A program made the position numbers and the translations under genes. Source: Oscillospiraceae bacterium (GTDB taxonomy: Bacteria; Bacillota; Clostridia; Oscillospirales; Oscillospiraceae). From it: DNA of 64,000 nt. The notes under the pieces were generated by a model that made no database searches, was not told the DNA's origin, and saw nothing but the letters and a program-made list of their open reading frames with translations. Shown here piece by piece: positions 9,239 through 18,411 of this stretch (position 1 is its first letter; each line of letters begins with the position of its first letter). Location: contig JAETSB010000005.1 in NCBI GenBank assembly GCA_021769865.1, positions 4,219-68,218 on the forward strand. The letters run 5' to 3'.

Positions 9239-9919
9239 ATGCGCCATTTGCTGATTTTAACGCTGGCCCTGCTGCTGCTCTCCGCCTGCGCCGCACCGAC
9301 AGCCCCCGCTCAGGCGGAGACGGAGGATGCCCTGCCGGTCCAGGAGGCCCCGACGGCCGCCGCCCCGGAGGAGAAATCTTCGGATGTCCCCTCGGAGGAC
9401 CAAGTCCTTTTGACCCTGGACGCGCCGCTGGCCGGCGGGCGGACGCTGACGCTGGAGGCCGTGGGGAAGAAAGTGGACGAATACAGCGTAGGCGTCCGGC
9501 AGGTCCGGGTGTACGACGGAGAGGAACTTCTCCAAACCATCCCGGCTCGGGAGGCCATCGAGGCCGAGTGGGGCGAGGGTATGGCAGAGGAGTTCTACGA
9601 CTACACCGAGTGCTGGGTCCCGGAGGAGACCATGGAGGCCCTGGACCTGAATTTCGACGGCAATACGGATTTCGGCCTGTTCGGCTGGCCCTGCAACAAC
9701 ACGATCCCGTATTACTACTGGATATGGGATGCCGAGGCGGAGCAATACCGTTACGCCTTCACCCTCCAGGGGGCGGAGGTCCATCCGAAGACGGGGGAGC
9801 TTACTGCAGAGTATAAAGACGGCCCCGCCGGGTCTCTGTGGGTCACGGAGCACTACAGGTTCGACGAAAACGGCCAGCTGATTCTGACCAGCCGGGAGGA
9901 GGATCCTTATGAAGACTAA
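9239..9919 (+). CDS. Hypothetical acidic lipoprotein
   Basis: Lipobox LLSAC; DLNFDGNTD Ca-binding-like loop. Confidence 0.7.
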   Translation: MRHLLILTLALLLLSACAAPTAPAQAETEDALPVQEAPTAAAPEEKSSDVPSEDQVLLTLDAPLAGGRTLTLEAVGKKVDEYSVGVRQVRVYDGEELLQTIPAREAIEAEWGEGMAEEFYDYTECWVPEETMEALDLNFDGNTDFGLFGWPCNNTIPYYYWIWDAEAEQYRYAFTLQGAEVHPKTGELTAEYKDGPAGSLWVTEHYRFDENGQLILTSREEDPYED

Positions 9920-10265
9920 TCCTGACCTCCGCCTTGCCGTCACCCTCCGCCTGCTGGACGGGGAGGGCCAGCGGCGCTTTGGGCCCGGCGTGGCCGCGCT
10001 GCTGGAGGAGGTCCGGGAGAAGCGCTCCCTCCGGGCGGCGGCGGGATCCATGGGTATGGCCTACTCCAAGGCGTGGCGCATCGTCCGCACTGCCGAGGAC
10101 GCCTTCGGCCGCAAGCTGCTGGACAGCACCATCGGGGGCCGCCACGGCGGCGGCGCGGCCCTGACGGCGGAGGCGGAGGCCCTGCTGGCCGCCTACCGGG
10201 CCCTCCGGGAAGAGGTGGACGCATACGCCCGCCAGCGGTTCGAGGAGCGCTTCCGGGACCTCTGA
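9909..10265 (+). CDS. ModE-like winged-helix regulator (HTH only)
   Basis: FGPGVAALLEEV...SLRAAAGSMGMAYSKAW...GGRHGGGAALT. Confidence 0.85.
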   Translation: MKTNPDLRLAVTLRLLDGEGQRRFGPGVAALLEEVREKRSLRAAAGSMGMAYSKAWRIVRTAEDAFGRKLLDSTIGGRHGGGAALTAEAEALLAAYRALREEVDAYARQRFEERFRDL

Positions 10266-10317
10266 GCCCCCTTGCGCATAGGATGGAATACATCTTATGG
10301 AATAAGGAGGTCCTCTT

Positions 10318-10590
10318 ATGGAACCTGTCTGCAACGAGTGCACCGAGCGCGCCGAGTGCCGGGAGCCCGTCACGATGAACGCCCGCGTCCTGCGGGTGAA
10401 CTGCTGCGACCTGCTGGTCTGCGACCTGTGCGGCTGCCAGGAGGTGCTGGTCCATACCAACGACGCCTGCTGTTTCCGTCCGGGCGAGTGCGTCTGCATC
10501 CAGTACAGCGGCGCCATGACCATGAGCATCCCGCCCCAGATCAGCGCGGACTGTGTGAAGCGCGTCCCCTGCGGCGGTTGCTGCTGCTGA
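10318..10590 (+). CDS. Cys-rich 90-aa protein
   Basis: TAAGGAGG RBS, 17 Cys, YSGAMTMSIPPQISA segment, followed by a terminator. Confidence 0.8.
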   Translation: MEPVCNECTERAECREPVTMNARVLRVNCCDLLVCDLCGCQEVLVHTNDACCFRPGECVCIQYSGAMTMSIPPQISADCVKRVPCGGCCC

Positions 10591-10604
10591 CCGTTTTAAC
10601 GGTG

Positions 10605-10640
10605 AAAGGGGCCCGGGAATCATTCCCGGGCCCCTTTTTT
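10605..10640. terminator. Intrinsic terminator
   Basis: aaaggggcccgggaat-c-attcccgggccccttttt. Confidence 0.85.
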
Positions 10641-10938
10641 ACATCCCCAGCCTCTCCCGGAGGGTGGCCGCGGCGCACAGGCAGGTCAGCAGCGCCAGGG
10701 CCCCCTGGCCCCAGAGGAGGTTATAGCTCACCGCCTCCCTGTCCCGCCTCCGCCCCGCCGCCACGGAGGCGAAGACGTACAGGGATACCAGGGCAAAGGC
10801 CAGGCTCAGCACGTCCGCCGCGCCCTGCCAGCCCAAAGCGGCGGTCCCCAGGTACAGCAGAAAGCCGATGCCGGAGACGATGGCCCCCAGGTTCAGCTGC
10901 TTCACGCCCTGCAAAAGCAGGGAGTTTTTTCGCTTCAT
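10639..10938 (-). CDS. Small membrane protein (about 3 TM)
   Basis: Hydrophobic 99-aa ORF with GGAGG RBS. Confidence 0.65.
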   Translation of the reverse strand: MKRKNSLLLQGVKQLNLGAIVSGIGFLLYLGTAALGWQGAADVLSLAFALVSLYVFASVAAGRRRDREAVSYNLLWGQGALALLTCLCAAATLRERLGM

Positions 10939-10983
10939 TCGTATACCCTCCGTCAATTTCCTATCTGATTTTACAAATAGTTG

Positions 10984-12354
10984 TCATTTCTCGTAGCCGT
11001 TGACCATGACGTCCAGCACCCGCGCGGCCACGTTTCCCGCCACGCTGCTGCCGCCGCCGCCGTTTTCCACCAGCGCCACGAAGGCGTAGGGCGCGTCCTC
11101 GTTCCGCAGGAAGCCGGCGAACCAGGCGTGGGGGCTCTGGCCCTCTCCCACCTCGGCGGTGCCGGACTTGGCGCAGAGGTCCATATTGGGGAAACGGCTC
11201 TGGCCGTAGGTCCTCTCCACGTTCCCGGCCATCAGCTCCGTCAATCGTTCCGCCGTGTCCCGGCGGACGAGGGTCCCGGTCCGGCTGGTCAGGCGAGGCA
11301 GGGAGGGGATGCCCAGGCCGTTTCTGGTCTTTAAAATCAGGTAGGGCTCCGCCGCTTTTCCTCCGTTCGCAACGGCCCCCATGTAGACCATCAGGGCGCA
11401 GGGGTTCACCAGGTCCTTGTCCTGGCCCACCCCCGCCCAGCCCAGGCGGCCGTCGTCCAGGTCCCAGTCAAAAGAGCCCCTGGCGGTGGACAGGCCGTCC
11501 AGGCGGCAGCTGGAGGTGAGGCCCGCCTGCTCCGTGTACTTCCGGAGGGTCTCCGCCCCCAGCTCCACGGCGATCTCGGCGAAGGCGGCGTTACAGCTGT
11601 TGGCGAAGGCGGCGGCGATGTCCTGCTCTCCGTGAACGCCGGAGCAGACGATGGTCTCCTCCCCGATCTGGACGGACCCGGCGCAGTTCCAGGTCCGGCT
11701 CTCCAGGTCCGGCAGACTCTCCAGCGCCGCCGTCAGGGTGACGGTCTTGTAAACGGAACCGGGGGTGAAGGCGGAGGACAGGAAGCGGTTCAGGTAGGCC
11801 CCCTTCCAGCGGTCGCTGGTCTCGATGTCCTCCGGGACATGCAGCGGGTCGTAGCTGGGGGCGGAGACCATGCAGAGGACCTCCCCGGTCTTGTAGTTGT
11901 ACACGGCCACCGTCCCGGCGTGGCCGTTCAGGGCTTGGTACGCCTCATAGTTGTACCGGGCGTCGATGGTCAGGGTCAGCTCTCCGCCCCGGTCCGCGCC
12001 AAACGCCCCGCCCACGAGGTTCCAGCCTGTCAGCTTGTCGGCAAAGGCGTTCAGCGCCCCGGTGCCGATGTTCCCCTGAAGGTCCCCCACGGCGTGGAGG
12101 GTGGCCTTCCGGACGGTCTCGCTGTCGTAGTAGGTCCGCTTTCCGTCCTCGGCGGAGGACAGCACGTCCCCGTCCCGGTCCAGCACCGTCCCGGCGGTGA
12201 GTTGGCCCTGGGCGTTGTAGAGGTGACGGTTAAAGGCGGAGGAGGCCCAGCTTCCCCCCTGGGTGAGGTACCGGAAGAGGAAGAACGCCATCCCAACCGC
12301 CAGCGCCAGGGCCAGCAGCAGGCACACCACCGCCCGGTTCTCAATTTTTTTCAT
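10984..12354 (-). CDS. Class B penicillin-binding protein (PbpA-like transpeptidase)
   Basis: PGSVYK (SxxK), SCN (SxN), KSGTAE motifs; N-terminal TM. Confidence 0.92.
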   Translation of the reverse strand: MKKIENRAVVCLLLALALAVGMAFFLFRYLTQGGSWASSAFNRHLYNAQGQLTAGTVLDRDGDVLSSAEDGKRTYYDSETVRKATLHAVGDLQGNIGTGALNAFADKLTGWNLVGGAFGADRGGELTLTIDARYNYEAYQALNGHAGTVAVYNYKTGEVLCMVSAPSYDPLHVPEDIETSDRWKGAYLNRFLSSAFTPGSVYKTVTLTAALESLPDLESRTWNCAGSVQIGEETIVCSGVHGEQDIAAAFANSCNAAFAEIAVELGAETLRKYTEQAGLTSSCRLDGLSTARGSFDWDLDDGRLGWAGVGQDKDLVNPCALMVYMGAVANGGKAAEPYLILKTRNGLGIPSLPRLTSRTGTLVRRDTAERLTELMAGNVERTYGQSRFPNMDLCAKSGTAEVGEGQSPHAWFAGFLRNEDAPYAFVALVENGGGGSSVAGNVAARVLDVMVNGYEK

Positions 12355-14080
12355 GACCGGCCTCCTTCCGTCCGGCGGCGCGGCGTCCGCCGCCCCGCCG
12401 GATCGCAAAGCTCGCGTTCTCCCTTGTGTCCGTGGCCTTCAAAAAGGCCAGCAGGCCCCAGGCCGACATCATGGCGGAGCCGCCGTTGGAGACGAAGGGA
12501 AAGGTCACCCCCGTCAGCGGCAGAATATCCACGGAGCCGAACACATTCAGGCAGGTCTGGAACACCAGCAATGACCCGGCGGCGCAGGCGGCCAGGCAAT
12601 AGAAGCTGCTCCGCCCCGCCCGGCAGGCCCGGACGGTGAAGAACGCCAGGGCCGCAATGGCCCCCACGGCAAAGAAGGCGATGACCAGCCCCCACTCCTC
12701 GCAGAGCATGCCGAACACCAGGTCTGTGTCCGCCGCCGGAACCCGGTGGAGCCAGCCGTTCCCCGCCCCCATGCCGAGTAAGCCCCCGGAGGCCGCGGCG
12801 GACATGGTGCGGGTCTGCTGATACCCCCGGCCCGCCGGGTCCGCCCAGGCATGGCCCCAGGCGGCGAAGCGATCCAGAATGTAGGGCTTGAACTTCACGA
12901 TGATGCCCGCCCCGAACACCGCCCCGCCGCAGATGAGGGAGAGCGTGGCGAAGTCCCCGGAGCGGAGGTAGGCCAGCACCAGGAAAGTGACGAAGAAGAT
13001 CGCCGCCGTGCCGAAGTCGCTCATCAGACCCAGAAGCCCCACACAGAGGCCGGTGAGGACGATGAAAAGGGTCAGGTTCCGCTTGCGGAACAGCCGCTCC
13101 AGCGTGGCGGACCCGGCGAAGATGTAGCAGATCTTGGCAATCTCCGAGGGCTGGAAGCTCAACGGGCCCAGGGAGATCCAGTTCACCGCGCCGTATTTCC
13201 GGTTTCCCAGCGCCAGCGTCACCGCCAGAAGCCCAATGGAGGCCGCCGCCATGACCCAGCGGTTCCGCTGGACCCGGCCCAGGTCCCGGAGAAAGAGCCC
13301 CAGGGTGAGGAAGAGCGCCAGCCCCAGCACCACTGCCAGGAGCTGCTTATAGAGGCTCCCCGGCGCGCTGGAGGCGGTGACCGACAGGGAGAGGGTGGAG
13401 AGGAAAAAGGCGATGGTCTCCATCTCAAAGCCCACGCAGCGGAACAGCCGCAGGGCGGCGGCGTAGAGCCACATCACCGCCGTCAGCCCCAGGAAGGCCA
13501 GGGGCAGGTTGGGGGACGCGTCCTCCCCGGCGGCAATCATCAATTGGACACAGGCCAGCAGCTGAAAGACGGTGAGCCAGAGGAAGGAGGGCCACATGGC
13601 GGCGGGGCGCTCCGCCCGGCGCTTTGCCTCCTGCTCTTCCCGCTCCTCCACGGTCTGGGGCAGAAACAGCAACGGCACGCCCCCCAGGTCGATCGTGTCC
13701 CCCATCCGGACGGGGGCGGAGTCCTCCACCTTTTCCCCATTCAGCAGCACCCCGCCCTTGGAGTCCAGGTCGTACAGGGTCCACTCCCCCTCCTCATTCC
13801 GGCAGAGGGCGGCGTGCTGGCGGGAGACGCTGGGGTAGTTCAGCCGCACGTCAGCGTTCTTCCCCCGGCCCAGGATGTTCTCCCAGTGGGTGAGGGGGAC
13901 GGAGCCGCCGCCGGGGAGGCTCAGCTGGCCCCAGGTCTCCGGCGTGTGGGGGGCCCGGAGGAGGGACTTGACGGCTCGATAGAGAATGGCCCCCGCCAGG
14001 ACCGGGAAGAGGAAGCGGACGAAGGCGGTATAGAAGGTCCCGGCGGCGGGGTACGCCGCCAGGAGCTCAGGCAACGTCAT
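12341..14080 (-). CDS. FHA domain-FtsW/RodA (SEDS) fusion protein
   Basis: LGRG...SVSRQHA...DLDSKGGVLLNG (FHA) then FQPSEIAK, DFGTA, TDLVFGMLCEEWG, PLTGVTFPFVSNGGS (SEDS). Confidence 0.9.
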   Translation of the reverse strand: MTLPELLAAYPAAGTFYTAFVRFLFPVLAGAILYRAVKSLLRAPHTPETWGQLSLPGGGSVPLTHWENILGRGKNADVRLNYPSVSRQHAALCRNEEGEWTLYDLDSKGGVLLNGEKVEDSAPVRMGDTIDLGGVPLLFLPQTVEEREEQEAKRRAERPAAMWPSFLWLTVFQLLACVQLMIAAGEDASPNLPLAFLGLTAVMWLYAAALRLFRCVGFEMETIAFFLSTLSLSVTASSAPGSLYKQLLAVVLGLALFLTLGLFLRDLGRVQRNRWVMAAASIGLLAVTLALGNRKYGAVNWISLGPLSFQPSEIAKICYIFAGSATLERLFRKRNLTLFIVLTGLCVGLLGLMSDFGTAAIFFVTFLVLAYLRSGDFATLSLICGGAVFGAGIIVKFKPYILDRFAAWGHAWADPAGRGYQQTRTMSAAASGGLLGMGAGNGWLHRVPAADTDLVFGMLCEEWGLVIAFFAVGAIAALAFFTVRACRAGRSSFYCLAACAAGSLLVFQTCLNVFGSVDILPLTGVTFPFVSNGGSAMMSAWGLLAFLKATDTRENASFAIRRGGGRRAAGRKEAGHEKN

Positions 14081-14305
14081 GGATGGGCCTCCTTTCGGAG
14101 AGATGATAGTCCAGCATACCACGGATTTGTGAAAAAATCTACCGGAAATCGAAGAACCGCCGGGACCGCCGGGACCCTTTGCGCCGGGGCGGGCTTGTGA
14201 GGCCCACGTTGACATTCCGCGGCGCCTGGGGTAAAGTGAAATCGATAGACGGCAGCCGCACGGCTTCCATGGATAAAATGAAAATGAAAAGGAGGAGGGC
14301 GCGGG

Positions 14306-14866
14306 ATGAGCGAAATTCTGGAATTTGCAAACAGGGAGGAATTCCGGCAGTGGCTTTGGGAACACTGCCAGTCGGACGAGGGCGTCTGGCTTCTGTTTGG
14401 CAAGGCCGGGGGACCGAACACGATCAGAGCGGGAGAGGCGCTGGAGGAGGCCCTCTGCTTTGGATGGATTGACGGGCAGATGCAGAGCATCGACCGTAAG
14501 ACTTACCGGAAATACTTTTCAAAGCGTCGGGAGAAGAGCAAGTGGTCGGAGAAAAACAAGGCGCTGGCCGAACGCCTGGAAGAGCGGGGGCTGATGACCG
14601 AGTTCGGCAGAGCGAAGATCGAGGAGGCCAAGCGGGACGGCCGGTGGTACGCCCCAAAGCCCCCGGCGGTCACGGAGGAGGACGTCGCCCAGGTGCTTGC
14701 CTTGCTGGAGGGTCATGAGCCCGCCTGTGCGAATTTTCAGGCCATGTCCTTATCGGTGAAGAAAACCTATGCAAGAGCCTATTTTGATGCGAAGACGGAC
14801 GCCGGACGGGAGCGGCGGCTCGCCTGGATGGTGGACCGGCTCAACCAAAATTTGAAGCCGATGTAG
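14306..14866 (+). CDS. YdeI/OmpD-associated family protein
   Basis: FRQWL...ALCFGWIDG...SKWSEKNK...AKTDAGRERRL. Confidence 0.85.
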   Translation: MSEILEFANREEFRQWLWEHCQSDEGVWLLFGKAGGPNTIRAGEALEEALCFGWIDGQMQSIDRKTYRKYFSKRREKSKWSEKNKALAERLEERGLMTEFGRAKIEEAKRDGRWYAPKPPAVTEEDVAQVLALLEGHEPACANFQAMSLSVKKTYARAYFDAKTDAGRERRLAWMVDRLNQNLKPM

Positions 14867-14892
14867 CGCTTCCCCAAAAATTTCCGCCGGTC

Positions 14893-14921
14893 CCTTCACT
14901 TTTCCGGCGTTGTGCCGATAT
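14893..14921 (+). promoter_or_regulatory. Putative sigma-28 (SigD/FliA) promoter
   Basis: GCCGATAT -10 box at 14914-14921; weak -35 (TTCA) at the expected spacing. Confidence 0.55.
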
Positions 14922-14968
14922 AAGTAATATAGAGCTTTCACAAATTTCACGAAGGAGTACCAGGGGAT

Positions 14969-16090
14969 ATGGACCAGATCAACGGTTCCGCCGGTCTTGG
15001 CGAGTATGTGCGGTTTGGAAAATGGACTTTTAAAAATGTAACGAGCCAGCTTAAAAAAGTGACGGACCCGGAGGAGATTCAGAAGTTCCAGGACAACTGC
15101 GTCGTCTTCAACCCCACGGAGGTGGAGCAGAAGGACCGGTTCCGGGCTGCCTTCAGCGACTTCGCCATGAGCAAAAGCCCCTTGATTTCCGACGCCAAGC
15201 AGGAGGTCTACCAGCAGGCGGAAACAGCCATCGGCAAATTTTTTGACGGAACCATGTCCGCGGAGGAACTCTCCGGCGTCTATCAGGACCTGTCCGGCCA
15301 GCTTATGGATGCCTGCAAGGACCGGGGATACCCCATGCCCTTATGGGGCGGGATGATGGGCCCCGCCTTTCAGGAGACCTTTTACGGCGAGTTCCGCCGC
15401 ATGGTCCTGGACGAGGCCGTGAACCGGAACAACGCCGAGGGAAAACAGTACGTCACCGGGGAAATGAACGCCCAGCGGAATTGGAAATACTATAATTCTG
15501 ACTATTACTACAAGAGCGAGGAGGCCGTCTCCGCCCTGACGGAGAAATTTTCCGCCATGGCGGAAGATCGGGGCTGGGAGGACACGGTCTCTGTCCCGGA
15601 TTACAAGGCCAAGGGCCTGAACCTCTACTATAATTTCAACTCCGCTCTGTCCAACCACTTCAACGTAGACGACCAGTTTGTCAAGGACCCGGACCAGGCC
15701 CCGCCCAAGGACTTCCGCTGGTTCTACCAGTCCGGCGGAAACGACGGAGACGGTGTTGTAACATCCCTGACTATGATCGCGCCGGACGGCACCGAAACCG
15801 TGATCGATTACGCCGGGAAGGGCTTTGACCCCACGAATCCCACAAAGGGCACCACTTGGGCCGCCTATAGGGATGTGAGCGGAACGTGGAGGTATCAAAG
15901 CACCGACTTTACCTACAACTTTTCCAAGGACGACCTGAAAAACGTGGCCGGCCTGTTGAAATTCTCCGGGCAATCCGGCGGCGCACAGGAGGCTGTAAAC
16001 CAGTTTTTGAAAAACCTTCAGCTCTACCCCGGCGGGTATTTCAGCCGCTTCCCCCAGTATGGGGCGCTGAGCATGAACCTGCGGGCGTAA
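14969..16090 (+). CDS. Hypothetical protein (373 aa)
   Basis: Long ORF with RBS, visibly lower GC than its neighbours; no family recognised. Confidence 0.75.
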   Translation: MDQINGSAGLGEYVRFGKWTFKNVTSQLKKVTDPEEIQKFQDNCVVFNPTEVEQKDRFRAAFSDFAMSKSPLISDAKQEVYQQAETAIGKFFDGTMSAEELSGVYQDLSGQLMDACKDRGYPMPLWGGMMGPAFQETFYGEFRRMVLDEAVNRNNAEGKQYVTGEMNAQRNWKYYNSDYYYKSEEAVSALTEKFSAMAEDRGWEDTVSVPDYKAKGLNLYYNFNSALSNHFNVDDQFVKDPDQAPPKDFRWFYQSGGNDGDGVVTSLTMIAPDGTETVIDYAGKGFDPTNPTKGTTWAAYRDVSGTWRYQSTDFTYNFSKDDLKNVAGLLKFSGQSGGAQEAVNQFLKNLQLYPGGYFSRFPQYGALSMNLRA

Positions 16091-16120
16091 CCGCAGATAT
16101 CCAGGAAAGGAGGCCCCGCC

Positions 16121-16861
16121 ATGGGCAGCATGCAAGTAAACAGCGCCGTCTCCACCGGGGCGTCCTCCTGGCAGAGCCGGCAGTCCCAAAGCGCCGCCCA
16201 GGCGGCGGAGAAGAAGGACGCCGGTCCCGACCTCTACGAGATGATGCGGGACGCCCGGGAAAAGGCGGAGGCCACCCGGGAGAAATTCAACGCCATCAAG
16301 CCCAAGCCCCGCTACGGCGACGCGCCCATGGAGGCGTACTCCCGGCTGGCCCGGGCGAAGCGGCCCTCGGAGGTCAACGCCGCCGCCGGATACGCCCGGC
16401 GGCAGATTGCCCGGCTGAAGGCCGCCAAGCAGACGGACCCGGACAACGCCAAGCGCATCCAGGCCGCCATCAACCAGCTCCAGAAGGCCGTCCAGCGGGC
16501 GGGGAAGAAGAACCGGGAGCTGGACCGGGAGAAGCTCGCCCAGGACCGGCAGAAAAAACTGATACAGGAGAAGCGGACCCGGGAGGCCCGCCGCCAGAAG
16601 CAGGAGCTGCTGCGCAAGCAGGCCATGCGGCGGATCCGGGAGTCCGGCTATCTCCGGGAGGCGGAAGTGGACAACCGAATGCAGTCTCATATCGCCGCCG
16701 TGGACATGGAGCTCCGGGAGCAGGCCCAGAAGCTGGCCTCCTCCATCCAGCCCTCCATGGAATCGGTGGCCCAGCAGTACGCCGCGGACAGCGCCGCCAT
16801 GGCCCTGCCCGAGGAGCTGCCCCCCGCCGCCACCGGCGGGGAGATCAACCTGCAGGCATGA
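16121..16861 (+). CDS. Hypothetical coiled-coil protein
   Basis: AGGAGG RBS; Q/R/E/K/A-rich helical sequence. Confidence 0.75.
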   Translation: MGSMQVNSAVSTGASSWQSRQSQSAAQAAEKKDAGPDLYEMMRDAREKAEATREKFNAIKPKPRYGDAPMEAYSRLARAKRPSEVNAAAGYARRQIARLKAAKQTDPDNAKRIQAAINQLQKAVQRAGKKNRELDREKLAQDRQKKLIQEKRTREARRQKQELLRKQAMRRIRESGYLREAEVDNRMQSHIAAVDMELREQAQKLASSIQPSMESVAQQYAADSAAMALPEELPPAATGGEINLQA

Positions 16862-16996
16862 TACTTTCTTGAAAGATATGGGGCCTCTTGGCGGCTTTGC
16901 CGTTTAGAGGCCCCGTATACCCGGAGGGTAAAGTATCCAAAGAACTTTATCTCGCTCTGGCAGTCCGGCAATAGACCGGGCCGAAGCGACGGCAAC
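16862..16996 (+). repeat. Structured intergenic repeat, copy 1
   Basis: Aligns by eye with the reverse complement of 20716-20853; hairpin ggggcctct..ggcggctttgccg..agaggcccc. Confidence 0.85.
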
Positions 16997-17002
16997 CGAG
17001 AT

Positions 17003-17041
17003 AACAACCAGCCCCCGGCGGAAAGCCGGGGGCTGGTTGTT
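17003..17041. terminator. Terminator-like hairpin between convergent genes
   Basis: aacaaccagcccccggc-ggaaa-gccgggggctggttgtt. Confidence 0.75.
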
Positions 17042-18191
17042 ATACTTCCGGCGTCTCCGCCTCCAGGCCCACGGGGAGGCCGTTGACTTCCACGCCCTCC
17101 CCGGCGGGGATCAGCAGGTACTTCCGCCCGTCGATGACCCGGGTCTCCACCAGATAGCTGTAGGCCGGGTCGATGGAGATGGCGGCGTGCTCCGTCTTCA
17201 CGTCAAAGCGCTTCACGTCGATGAGGTTCTCCGGATTCAGCGCCGCGCCGCCGAAGGCCCGGCCGCACTGCTCCGTGAACGCCGCCGCCTTTTCCTCTGC
17301 CACGCCGCAGTCCCGGAGGATGCCGCCCACCTCCCCGGCGGAGAGGGCCAGGGGCTCCGCCTCCTTGTCCTCACGGTTCGCCTCGATCTTCTCCAAAAGC
17401 CGCCCGTGGACGGCCTGGGCCACCTCCAGGCTGAACTCCTCCTCCAGCGCCCCGGCCAGGGCCCCCTCGAAGGCCTCCCGCTGCTCGGCGGCGGACATGG
17501 GGGGCTCCGTGCGGAACACCGCGTCCAGGAACTCCTGGTGGATCTGGTCCGGCTTCCGGGAATAAAAGAGGGCGTTGTAGATATTCGCCGCCCGGCCGTC
17601 AAAGGCGGGGAAGAGGAAGCCCAGCTCCGGGGCGGAGACCACCTGCCCGGCGGCGCAGCTGTGGAACTCGTTCTCCCCGGGGAAATAGCCCAGCTCCATC
17701 TTGCAGTTTTTCACCGGGCAGACGCTGCATAGGATGTAGGAGAACACCTCCTCGGACCGGTCGGGGTCGGTCTCCCCGTCCTTCCCCCGATGGGGCACGT
17801 CATAGGCGTCGTGGGCCAGGAGGATCAGGTAGTTGCTGTCCCCCATGTCCAGGGCGTCGATGACCGTGCGGTAGAAGGTCTCCCGGATTTCCCCGTCCTT
17901 GAGCCCGGACTCCCGCAGGGCGGAGAGGAGGCGGTGCTCGTCGCTGTCCATCACCTGGGCCGTGGAGAAGACCACGTCGATGAGATTCTTTCCCAGGGCC
18001 CCGGAGAGGGATTTTTTCAGCAGGCTTAAGTACTTCTCCGCCTCCTCCAGGGGCATGTTCCCCAGGGACTCGTCCAGATAGGAGATGATCTCCCGGCTGG
18101 AGCCGTTGACATAGCAGCCGTAGACCCGGCTGACGGCGCTCTTCTCCGGCCGGAAGCGGCGGCGGAGCTCGCTGACTTCTTTTGTGTTCAT
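17040..18191 (-). CDS. DUF4317-like protein
   Basis: MNTKEVSELRRRF...YGCYVNG...YILCSVCPVK...GFLFPAFDGR...IDGRKYLLIP. Confidence 0.75.
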   Translation of the reverse strand: MNTKEVSELRRRFRPEKSAVSRVYGCYVNGSSREIISYLDESLGNMPLEEAEKYLSLLKKSLSGALGKNLIDVVFSTAQVMDSDEHRLLSALRESGLKDGEIRETFYRTVIDALDMGDSNYLILLAHDAYDVPHRGKDGETDPDRSEEVFSYILCSVCPVKNCKMELGYFPGENEFHSCAAGQVVSAPELGFLFPAFDGRAANIYNALFYSRKPDQIHQEFLDAVFRTEPPMSAAEQREAFEGALAGALEEEFSLEVAQAVHGRLLEKIEANREDKEAEPLALSAGEVGGILRDCGVAEEKAAAFTEQCGRAFGGAALNPENLIDVKRFDVKTEHAAISIDPAYSYLVETRVIDGRKYLLIPAGEGVEVNGLPVGLEAETPEV

Positions 18192-18411
18192 GGTAATACC
18201 TCGTGTTTCAGCGGCGGAGCCGCTGGGATTTCCGACAGTGCTGTCAAACATACATTCTACTGGAAAGCGGGCGGAAATGCAACCGCTTTTTTCAGCCCGG
18301 CCAAAAGGTGTAAATTTCCTGTAAAGAACTCCGGGGTTCCTTGCGGAAGAGGCCGGTTTTGTGCTAAGATAGACCATATTCTGATTTGCGCTTGGAGAGG
18401 AGGCGGGAGGC

